From the NCBI GenBank assembly GCA_037379345.1, contig CM074513.1:60367195-60431194 (forward strand): a stretch of DNA of 64,000 nucleotides. The letters run 5' to 3'. This document shows, piece by piece, positions 1-11,100 of this stretch. How positions within the stretch are numbered: the first letter of the stretch is position 1; the number at the start of each line of letters is the position of its first letter. The stretch comes from Perna viridis. Lineage: Eukaryota. The position numbers and the translations under genes are program-made. The notes below the pieces were generated by a model. That model saw nothing but the letters and a program-made list of their open reading frames with translations. It was not told the DNA's origin and did not search any database.

Positions 1-310
1 AGTCCTGCTAAAGTCTTGTTGAGTCAAAATTGTTGGACAACCTCTTGTTTTTTGGAGTAATTTTTTTGTTTAGTTTTCAGCCAATATTTTGAAAACTGTT
101 TTAAATAGGAAGAAACTTTCAATTGCTGAATTTTACAGTTTTCAGCCAATATCTTGAAAACTTTAATAAATAGAAACTTTCTGTGGTTGCAATGATCCTT
201 ATGATAGTCCTACCAAAGTCTTCTCAAGTCAAAATTGTTGTACATCTTGTTAAATTTATTGCCCTTGAAATACAAACTTTAACCAGGCTCCTTGGAGCCT
301 CTTGTTTTTA
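1..310 (+). mobile_element. 3' part of a non-autonomous Helitron/Helentron-type element with internal satellite-like repeats
   Basis: Shares internal blocks (aaagtcttctcaagtcaaaattgttg, ttttcagccaatatcttgaaaact) with 1012-3102 and 16660-17627; ends in hairpin aggctccttggagcct + cttgttt. Confidence 0.6.
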
Positions 311-1011
311 AACCTTGTTCACTGTATGGGCATACTTCACATTGCCCAATGGTATCATGATACTTAGGATTATCTTAGTAATCCCTAGTTCTGTCTTTGA
401 TGTTGGTGGTATGTTACTTGTTTTATAGATCTACTGGTTGATTGTCTGTTAAATGTTCAGGCCTTATTAAACAGGAATATCACTGAAACAGTTTGGTTTC
501 AAGTTTATTTATCTCCAGACTTTGTGGAAGGACAATGTGGTCATTTTAAAAATTGACAGTCCAACACGAAGAAAGTATGTGCAGAAATAGGCAATAAAGG
601 TTAAAAATTGTAGAAGGACCTTCTTTCTGATTCTTGCAGTTTGTTGTAGTAAGTGTCATGTAAATACCTTATTATCCTAGTGTTTCTCAATCAGTAAAAT
701 AGAACTGATGTAAGACAGTCTTCATAAAAATCCTTCATGTTAAAAACCCACCAAAACTCTGTCCTTCCTCCCCCCCCCAAAAAAAAAATATACATTTAGA
801 AATGAGCTACCTTGTGTTGCCAGTTCATTCCTTAAACTTCCATACTGATTCTGGACACTACACAGTCAAATATAATTCCTTTTATATCATTCAATACATC
901 TTTTATTACCTGTAAATATGTTTCTGGCAATTATTCATCTCAATAATACTTTATTTCTGCAAATAAAATTAAGACCTTGTCTTCAAATGAATTGAAGATT
1001 TGAGGGGCTCC

Positions 1012-3102
1012 TTTTTAGCTCACCTAGCCAAAGGCGGGGTGAGCTATTGCCATCACTTGACGTCCGTCGTCGTGAACAATTTTTCAAAACTCTTCTCAAA
1101 CTTGGTATGAATGTTCCTTGGGGTATTCTGCATAGAACTGATGTGGGGATTTTTGATCCGTCGAAAAACATGGCTGCCGTTACTTAAAATAGAACATATG
1201 GGATCAGACAGTAGATTTTCGCATATATCTCCAAAACGGTTAGGTTTAGCCAAATTCTGACGTAGGGTAAAAGTGTTCAGCGTGATGAGATCTATCTGCG
1301 GTAAAATTTTAATCTATTGAGCCATGTTGGAGTTATTGCCCTTTTTCAACGTTTTTATTGCTATTGTTCATTTCTTTCAAAAATCTTCTCTGAAACTACT
1401 CGACCAATTGGAACCAAACTAAGTATGAATGCTTCTTGGGGTATCCTGCATTGAACTGATTTGGGGATTTTTGATCTGTCGAAAAACATGGCCGCCAGTA
1501 CTGAAAATAGAACATAGGAGTCGGACAATAGTTTTTCGCATATATCTCCAAAACTTTTAGGTTTAGCTCATTCTGAAAGGGGTAAAAGTGTTCATCATGA
1601 TTAGATCTAACTGTGGTTAAATTTTCATTGAAATCTATTAAGCCATGTTTGAGTTATTGCCCTTCTTCGAAGTTTTTTGCTATTTTTAATGTTACTTCTT
1701 TCAACAATCTTCTCCTCTGAAACTATTTTTCCAATTGAAACAAAACTCGGTATAAGTGTTCCTTGGGGTATCCTGCATAGAATTGAAGTGAGGTTTTTTG
1801 ATCCGTCGAAAAACATGGCCACTGTTACTAAAAATAGAACATTAGGGTCAGACAGTTTTTCGCATATATCTCCCAAACCGTTAGGTTTAGCCAAATTCTT
1901 TCAGTAGCTGAAAGGATCCTTATTTTTAGGACTACAAAGTCTTCAGGCATAAAATTTGTCAGACGCCTTCTAATAATAGTTATTGCTCTTGACGGGAAAA
2001 TGACAGGGTTTTTTTTACAGTTTTCAGCCAATGTCTTGAAAACTATGATAGATTTAGACTTTCATTTACTGAAATCATCCTTATGATAAGTCCTATCAAA
2101 GTTTTCTTGAGTCAAAATTGTTGAACAACGTCTTGTTTAATTTAATGCCCTTGAAGGGCAAAATTCAACCAGGTGCTTAACAGATTCCATTTAATATAAT
2201 TATCAGTTAAAATCTCCATCCCATCATCAATATTTTATGATTTTTAAACAGGAAGTGAAGAGCAGCAATTTGAACCTAGTATAACTAACGGGAAAAGTCA
2301 AATTGATATAAAGTGTCTAGTTATGAAAATTTTAATATGTTGACCAGGGAAATTAGTTCAGTTTAAGTATAATAGCAGTGTAGGGTAATACTCTGTTGAA
2401 ATGCTTTTGAATGTGTTAAAATAGAACGTAGGGTTCAGACAGTAGTTTTTCCGCATATATCTTCAAAACCGTTAGGTTTAGCCGAATGCTGACATGGATC
2501 AAAATGTTCAGCATGACGAACTTTATCTGTGGTTAAATTTTCATTTAAATCTGCTTAGCCATATTGAAGTTGTTGCCCTTTTTCTACGTTTTCTTGCTAA
2601 TTTTAATGTTATTTCTTTCAAAAATCTTCTCTGCCACTACTAAACCAATGGGAACCAAACTTGGTATGAATGTGCCATGGTGTGTCATGCATAGAACTGA
2701 TGTGGGGAGTTTTGATCCGTTGAAAAACATGGCCGCTGTTACTTGTATAGAACATGGGTCAGCCAGTAGTTTATCGCATACATCCTCAAAACGGTTAGGT
2801 TAAGCCAAACACTTTCAATTGCTGAAATGATCCTTATTATAAGGCCTTCATAAGTCTTCAGGGATCAAAGTTGTCAGATGACTCCTTGAAAGATGAAAAA
2901 ACATTTTTTTCAAAAAGTTTTCAGTCAATATCTAGAAAATTATAATAGATAGAAACTTTAAATTGCTGAAATGATCTTTATGATAAGTCATACCAAAGTC
3001 TTCTTGAGTCAAAATTGTTGGACAATTCCTTGTTAAATTTATTCCCATTGAAAAACACTTTAAACAGGAGAGCGATTCGGGCTTCTAGGAGTCTCCTGTT
3101 TT
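1012..3102 (+). mobile_element. Non-autonomous Helitron/Helentron-type (HINE-like) element(s) with diverged internal tandem units
   Basis: Starts tttttagctcacct...gtgagctattgccatcactt; repeated units (aaacttggtatgaatgttccttggggtat...gatccgtcgaaaaacatggc); ends caggagagcgattcgggcttctaggagtctcctgtttt. Possibly two joined copies (break near 2170-2410). Confidence 0.65.
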
Positions 3103-4265
3103 ACATCATGCAATCTTCTAAATTTTGTTCATGGTACAATTTTCACAAGAATAAGAAAAAGTCTTGAATTCTTCAAGTTCGTTGATATCCTGATCTTTCC
3201 CATTAAATCATAATTTTAATTTCAGGCCATGTATTCAGATTGGTTCCCACATTAGGTAATGACATGGTGTTTAGATTCTCTAAATCAAACGATAGTTTCA
3301 TATTAAAGATGATATGCTTTATCTAACCATGTGTTCTGATTATGGACTCATGTTTTCAAAAAGGTCTACACAGAACCAAGGGGTCCAGAATGAAACTTTG
3401 ATTTCAACAAAAATGAATTCTTGTGGTTCTTTGACATGCTATTTTTACTACATTAATTACTTAATTGATAAATCTTTCTGTGCCTGATACCTATATACAC
3501 TGTGTCAGATCACGAAGTTTTGAGCCATGTTTGTCCTAACATTTAATATTTGTGCTTATATTAAGCTGTGCCAAGCCATAGATAATTTTATTACTAGTAG
3601 TTCATAAGCCAGTTTTGTGAGCGCAAAAATTCTGTGGGGCAAACACCGTTCATCGAGCCACCTCAAACCATGAGTTGCTGTGTAGCAAACTCCAGTCACC
3701 GGCCAACCCGGTCTGAACCCTTGATATTGTTTGGAAAAGAAGAAAAATACTGTTAGGCAAACTCTAGTCTCCGGGCAACCCGGTCTAAACCCCTGAAATA
3801 TTGCATGTTTGTCACAACATCGGGTTACCTCTTGTTTTTAACAGTCGGTGCTCTTAATCGTTCGTAAGTATAAAAGTTATTTTGAACCAGAGTGATGTAA
3901 CTGAAAATCTACATGTCGTTAGTAGGGTAAAAGTAGTGGCGCGTCTACAGATAGATAGTAATAGGTTAACAATTTCAAAGAATAATAAGCTTGAAATGAA
4001 ATGAAAAAATACATCAGTTTTATACAGTTCAATGTACATACAAATGAATAGGGCGAATACATACATAAAATCATCATTTTACATTTTAACTCATTCCCGA
4101 GATCGAAACAATCAATTTTCAATTTAAAAACATTTTATCTATATAATCGTAATAACGGCCGACTAATTGGGAACTTTATCTTAGCTCCTGGCAACAGGTT
4201 TAAACTGCTCTCAACATTCGCCTGAAATAAAACAGAATTGTAAAATTTCTGGCGTATATCGTTAT

Positions 4266-4584
4266 GAGGCAAAGTAAACTTATATGGTAGATTCTCATCC
4301 AACCTTCATAAAAATAAGGTGCGGGTGGGAGGATACTATTTTTTTATATTTTATTTTTATCTCTTACCAGATATTTGCTAGCCTAATTTTAGCTATATTT
4401 GAAATATAGATGTGTTCTAAATCCATAGCCACATCAGTTTCAGAGAAGAAACATCGTTTTTGAAAGATTTGTATATTATAGTAGCTGACGCGAAAAAAAA
4501 AATTCCCGTCCATTTTTTTTATTTTTGTCAATTTTTAAGGATGGAAGGGGATGAGAATCAACAAATTTATTTTATCTGGCCTAA
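4266..4584. mobile_element. MITE-like element, copy 1
   Basis: Inverted termini (ggtagattctcatcc ... ggatgagaatcaac...ggcctaa); similar copy at 10474-10819. Confidence 0.6.
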
Positions 4585-5581
4585 GCTGGGCAGTCGAAAA
4601 GACATCTTCGGGGTCCTCGTTCCACCCAGGCGTTACAAAGACCGTTACATGTACGCTGTATATTGTTTCAGACATATTCATTCTGTATAAATACATTTTC
4701 AGTGGAGTTGTTTTCTTTCTTGCTAAAAGCTTTAGTTTAGAAGCTCGGAAGTCGTTATCATTCAAGTATGGTTGTCTGCCTGTTCCTTCATAACTGTGCC
4801 TACAAAAATCCAAACTACTATTGCACTTCAAGGAATAAGTTATGTCTAGTGCTTGTCCCGAACAAAGAATTTTGACTTAAATCATCCGATGAGAAACCAT
4901 TCAGATTGACGTATTGTGACTAAAATACGGATATGAGATCTCTAAAAATGTTGATTCAAAATAGTCATTTCATTATAGACTTGCTAACAAAGGTTGAAGT
5001 AACGTTTCTTTGTCGAAGTAACGTTTAAAATAATGTCTTTGTCCACGAAGGATGACTAAGGTTTCCACCCTAATTCTAGAAACATTGCAGATTTAGGTGT
5101 GTTAAGCTTATGCAGAAAATAACCAGCTTTATATTGCCAACTATCCAGCAAATCTTTACTGCCATGTAATGTTGGCAACCAAATCGCTCACGCGTAGGGT
5201 TTAATGATAATGATCTATATCCAGAATTTAAACGATTAAAGTCGTCGTATTCTTCTAAAACGTGGATCATGTAGTTTAAGTGCCTATCAGCAATTTCTTT
5301 GAGAAAGGTATTAATGTGGTAGTTGACCGATCTATAAATAGCCAAGATAATTATATTAATTTACTTCCTCGATCGAATCGTTTCCTATTTTCCAATATGA
5401 GATCTTATTCAACCTCTTTCTTGCCATCGTAACTTTAGATTTTGTTTTATTGGGGTAGGGTTAACTGAAGATTCCATTTTTTAAAATAAATTTGCGAGAT
5501 TTGGAGCAGAGTCTGAAGTTCTCTTTGAGACTACATCATTACATGCAGTTAATTAATTTGGACGATAGTTCTGTCATTTAA

Positions 5582-6060
5582 CATCAAGGTTGTTCATTAT
5601 AGAGTAATAGAATACATACCTGCTTAATGCCATCGTCAAAGAAATAGCCGAACAAACCTTCATTTTTTTTTTAATTTTCTATATATCGCCATGATATATA
5701 CCGCAGACGCCACTCTCCCAGAGTTTCGCAAGAGTCCATCAAGGTTGTTCATTATAGAGTAATAGAATACATACCTGCTTAATGCCATCGTCAAAGAAAT
5801 AGCCGAACAAACCTTCATTTTTTTTTAATTTTCTATATATCGCCATGATATATACCGCAGACGCCACTCTCCCAGAGTTTCGCAAGAGTCCATCGAGCCA
5901 AATCCTATCGAAGCCTTTGGATATATAAAAAGGTGATATACACATGTTTATTTGTGCATTAGCAAGCTTAAGCAAGTGAGCAAATATCCTGTAAGCTGAA
6001 TATCTGATTTTCCAAACGCCTATCTTTTCTGAAAGCCTCGTTCTTAGAGTACACAATTGT
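5582..6060 (-). pseudogene. Degraded LINE reverse-transcriptase fragment containing a 155-bp tandem duplication
   Basis: Minus-strand ISKGFDRIWLDGLL and GIKQVCIL resemble RT motifs DxSKAFDxVWHxGL and GxxQGxxL; 5582-5736 is repeated at 5737-5890. Confidence 0.5.
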
Positions 6061-6254
6061 CAAAAGACAGCATTTAAATAAACCACCTTATTGTATTCAG
6101 AGTATTATAAAGAAGACATTGGTGAATGTTCTCCGTAGTAATCAACAACCGTGATTTAAGACTTTTTCAAAGACGTTTATGATTTAGAATGATGTATCTA
6201 AATGCATTCAATGAAAACTTTCACAAATGCAGAGTATTTTTAGCATGGTGATTA

Positions 6255-6269
6255 GTTGCTCATGACAAC
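6255..6269. promoter_or_regulatory. Candidate RFX X-box upstream of the MARCH-like gene
   Basis: GTTGCTCATGACAAC imperfect palindrome, about 35 bp before a CAG|GTACAT donor-like site. Confidence 0.35.
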
Positions 6270-6285
6270 GATCGAAAGTTGTAGC

Positions 6286-7422
6286 CCTAGTGCTTGGAAC
6301 AGGTACATTATATACGCTGATGTGATGGTGGTTTATCGTCAGCATGCGGAGGTTTGTGTCTTGCCTAGTGCTTGGAACAGGTACATTATATACGCTGATG
6401 CGATGGTGGTTTATCGTCAGCATGCGGAGGTTTATTTGTGTTTTGCCTAGTGCTTAGAAAGGTACATTATATACGCTGATGCGATGGTGGTTTATCGTCA
6501 GCATGCGGAGGTTTATTTGTGTCTTGCCTAGTGCTTGGAACAGGTACATTATATACGCTGATGCGATTGTGGTTTATCGTCAGCATGCGGCGGTTTATTT
6601 GTGTCTTGCCTAGTGCTTGGAACAGGTACGTTATATACGCTGATGCGATTGTGGTTTATCGTCAGCATGCGGCGGTTTATTTGTGTCTTGCCTAGTGCTT
6701 AGAACAGGTACATTATATACGCTGATGCGATTGTGGTTTATCGTCAGCATGCGGCGGTTTATTTGTGTCTTGCCTAGTGCTTGGAACAGGTACGTTATAT
6801 ACGCTGATGCGATTGTGGTTTATCGTCAGCATGCGGAGGTTTGTGTCTTGCCTAGTGCTTGGAACAGGTACGTTATATACGCTGATGCGATTGTGGTTTA
6901 TCGTCAGCATGCGGAGGTTTATTTGTGTCTTGCCTAGTGCTTGGAACAGGTACGTTATATACGCTGATGCGATGGTGGTTTATCGTCAGCATGCGGAGGT
7001 TTATTTGTGTCTTGCCTAGTGCTTGGAACAGGTACGTTATATACGCTGATGCGATGGTGGTTTATCGTCAGCATGCGGAGGTTTATTTGTGTTTTGCCTA
7101 GTGCTTAGAAAGGTACATTATATACGCTGATGCGATGGTGGTTTATCGTCAGCATGCGGAGGTTTGTTTGTGTCTTGCCTAGTGCTTGGAACAGGTACGT
7201 TATATACGCTGATGCGATGGTGGTTTATCGTCAGCATGCGGAGGTTTATTTGTGTTTTGCCTAGTGCTTAGAAAGGTACGTTATATACGCTGATGCGATG
7301 GTGGTTTATCGTCAGCATGCGGAGGTTTATTTGTGTCTTGCCTAGTGCTTGGAACAGGTACGTTATATACGCTGATGCGATGGTGGTTTATCGTCAGCAT
7401 GCGGAGGTTTATTTGTGTCTTG
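6286..7422. repeat. Minisatellite, 78-82 bp unit, 14 copies
   Basis: Unit cctagtgcttggaacaggtacattatatacgctgatgcgatggtggtttatcgtcagcatgcggaggtttatttgtgtcttg; starts at 6286, 6364, 6446 ... 7341. Confidence 0.95.
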
Positions 7423-7651
7423 CAAGAGATTTAGCTTTCCACGTTACTCCCAAACATTTCCCTTTTTAAGTTCCCGTTTTATACTTGCAGTTTTCAGCTT
7501 TTTCATATCTTTATTTGTTACTATGGTATTCTGTCAATTGTTATTCATGTGTATACATTACATTTGTAGAAAATTTGATTTTCAAAGGTTAAAATTTATA
7601 CTTAACCACAAACAATATGGGATTAAGGTGAAGTAAAAAAGACAAATCTTT

Positions 7652-7767
7652 GTATATGTAGGCAGGAAGATCTCTCTATATGTAGACAGGAAGATCTCTG
7701 TATATGTTGACAGGAAGATCTCTGTATATATAGGCAGGAAGATCTCTGTATATTTAGGCAGGAAGAT
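7652..7767. repeat. 24-bp tandem repeat, about 5 copies
   Basis: tatatgtaggcaggaagatctctg repeated. Confidence 0.85.
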
Positions 7768-8008
7768 TATTTAAATTGCTTCTACAACACGAGAATCAAA
7801 TGAATCAGAAGAATTTGAAATTCCATTTATATAAAACGTAATAAATGAGAGAAAAGTCATTAGAAAAAGTGTACATGTCGATAATGACATGTAGTCACAT
7901 ATAGCCTTAACAATAAAATTAATAACCTATGGATACATGTCCTCTGGCAACACCGTGAGTTAAATGTACTCACTACTCTTTCTGTTGTTGACAGATATCT
8001 AGTTTGAC

Positions 8009-8191
8009 ATGGCAATGAATGCATCGGGACACTACGACAACCTTCCAGACGAATCCCCTTCGAAAGACAAGAGAAAATACAGTACCCGGGATTTGAACGG
8101 GAGTTACATCTTGGCTTGTAGGGGAGAGGAGAGTTTAGAAAACACTGCAGTCGAACCACTATCTCCAATTTCCAACAAAAGTCGGGAAAAG
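8009..8191 (+). CDS. MARCH-like coding exon 1 (MAMNASG...SREK)
   Basis: Acceptor tgttgacag at 7994, ATG 8009, donor AAG|gtctgt, phase 0. Confidence 0.65.
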
Positions 8192-11100
8192 GTCTGTTTT
8201 GAACCAAAAGGCGAGACTAAAGTATTACTTTCCGACGTCGGCGTCAGCATCCATGTTAAGATTTTCATGTTAAGTTTTCTGATTAGGTCAGTTTAATGTG
8301 AACTGAACTTGGCTTGTGATAGGTCAATCATATTTGATATGCAGTTGTATTAACATCACTTTACCACATTTATACATATGCCCCCACAATCAATGTCTAT
8401 TTGAAATTTTACGTTATTGAAAAGTTCCATAAATGTAGACAATAAATATGTCCACTTTGGTGGTGTCAAATAGTATTGATATTATAAGTTGTCCGTAATA
8501 CGTAGAATTAGTAACAAAGTCACCATTAATCAATTGTTGAATAAGAGCACCAATGTGTGACAGGCTAGACCCGTCTCTATGATATACATTGGTCGTATTT
8601 AAAGGCCAATTTCCCCCTCCTTTAGCTAGCTATAGCTATACCCCTAGAATATGTCAACTGTTCATAAGACTAACAAATTCCAGAATCAGCTAGCGTGAAA
8701 GGCGGTGTAATAATTAAGCTAGTTCCTTAAGAGACTATAGCTGACATCTACGGTGAGTGTGTACCCGCTTATAGTCGAAATTGATACTATTTTCAGTGAA
8801 ATTTTAGCCCGTTTTAACAGTGCGTTTTATGGGCATGCATCATTATAATACTGCATTCATCAACATCTGATTTAATATATATATTGAAATATAGTTAAAA
8901 TATTTTGAATTTTTCAGATTTTTTTGGATGATTTATAAGACTCAGACAACTTATACTAGCCATTTAATTCTGCACTGTATATATATATCGCCAGGGTTTG
9001 GATGTGATATCTGCCATACTATCACATATGATTCTTGTATGCATACGTGATGTTGCCATGGTTTGGAAGTGACCTATCTGCGATAGCATTACTAAAGAAT
9101 GCTGTATAGCTGTATACATACGTGATTTTTCCATGGTGTGGAAGTGACCTGTCTGTGATACTACCACTAATGATTGCTGTATAGCTGTACACATACGTGA
9201 TATTTTCATGGTTTGGAAGTGACCCATATATATATAAACTGTACAATGCAGAATTGAATAGCTAGTATAAGTTGTCTGAGTCATATAAGTCATCCAAAAA
9301 AATCTTAAAAATTCTTTTTCAAAATATTTTAACTTTTCTACTGCATATCTTCATACGAACTCTTTGAATATTTTCAGAATTTTATCTCAACAAACAAAAA
9401 CCTTTATATTTTTAATGCATTCGTATTATAATAGCTATTTGAGTATTCAGGAGCTAGATATTCAGATTACTTGAAGTGATCTAGCTTTATTGTTTAGCCT
9501 GAGCACTTGTCTTTTTGTTTATATATACATTAAATATTCAAATAGCTGTTCCAACAAATATTTAAAATGGTAAATTATTATGCAACGTTTTAAATAGCGT
9601 ATGCTACGAATATCAGATTAAGTCCGTACAGTTTATTGGTTTTATAACATCTTGAATGAATTTTATTGTAAGGTCCACCACGTAGACAATACTGTTTACA
9701 TCAGTATTGTAAATGAAGATTCAGATGAAGAACACGATCGATCCAAATACAAAAGGTCAAGAATCATCAGCGACAGCATCGCAGATAGGTCACTTCCAAA
9801 CCCTGGCAACATCACGTATGTATACAGCAATCATCAGTGATAGTATCACAGACAGGTCTCTTCCAAACCATGGCAACATCACGTATGTATACAAGTATCA
9901 TTAAATATAGCATCATTGAAATTTAACTTCCAAACACTAGCAACATCACGTATGTATACAAGTTATCATTAGCGATAGTATCACAGACAGGTCACTTCCA
10001 AACCATGAAAAATATCACGTACGTATACAGCTATACAGCAATCATTAGTGATAGTATCACAGACAGATCTCTTCCAAACCCTAGCAACAACACGTATGTA
10101 TACAGCTATACAGCAATCATCAGTGATGGTGTCACAGACAGGTAACATTTCAAACCCTGGCAACATCACGTATGTATACAAGTATCATTAGCGATTGTAT
10201 CACAGACAGGTCACTTCCAAACCATGAAAAATCACGTATGTATACAGCTATACAGCATTCTTTAGTAATAGTATCGCAGATAGGTCACTTCCAAACCATG
10301 GCAACATCACGTATGCATACAAGAATCATATGTGATAGTACAGCAGATGTGTCACATCCAAACCCTGGCGATATTACGTATGCTTACAGCAATCTTTAAA
10401 AGTCAGGTCATGTTTAAATTCAGATCAGGTTGTTAATAATACAAGAAAAAATAAACAACAGAAAAAAACGCAGTAAGGCCACCTTAAATGGTAGATTCTC
10501 ATCCAACCTTCAAAAAAATATGGGGCGGACGGGAGGAGTTTTCTTTTATTTTTTTATTTCTTACCAGACATTTGCTAGCCTAATTTTAGCCATTTGAAGT
10601 GTAGATATGTTCTAAATCCATAGCCACATCAGTTTCAGAGAAGAATCACCGTTTTAGTTACCAAGAAATGAAAGATTTGTGTGTTATGGTGTTTCCACAC
10701 CAGAAACTGACACAAAAAAGATCATGATTTTGAAATTCCTGCCCCAATTTATTTTATTTTGTCATTATTTTAGGGGCTGAAGGGGGTGAGAATCTACAAA
10801 TTAATTTTATTTAGCCTAAAAGGGGACTATCCTGTTAATTGGTATATGATTATCATTGATATATTTTGCTTAAAAAGTATCAATCGGAGTAGTTTTACGT
10901 GATTATTTTCTTTTGGTCACCAAAGTGTGTCGTGATCCTAGTTTTATACCTTGAAAATTTAGATACCCAATTTACTTTATTTTGTATTCTATTGATTATA
11001 TTAATTCATTTATCTAGGAAATATTTTATACAATGCTATTCTTTGTTGCTAACTTTTCTGTGCTTCAGTGCAAACGAGTTGCGACTTATTTGTAACAGTA

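Noticed and set aside
810-909. Minus-strand exon-like segment (tttacag...AAG|gtagct); similar at 3829-3900
   Set aside because: The 810-909 segment has stops in all three frames, and the 3829 donor overlaps a repeat end; a gene cannot be supported without transcripts.
5076-5345. Endonuclease-like peptide (AIYRS...DDFN)
   Set aside because: Too degraded, and in the wrong order relative to the nearby RT fragment to call one element.
6286-7422. CRISPR-like or hammerhead-like appearance (CTGACGA on the minus strand)
   Set aside because: No unique spacers, eukaryotic context, and no GAAA core or required stems.
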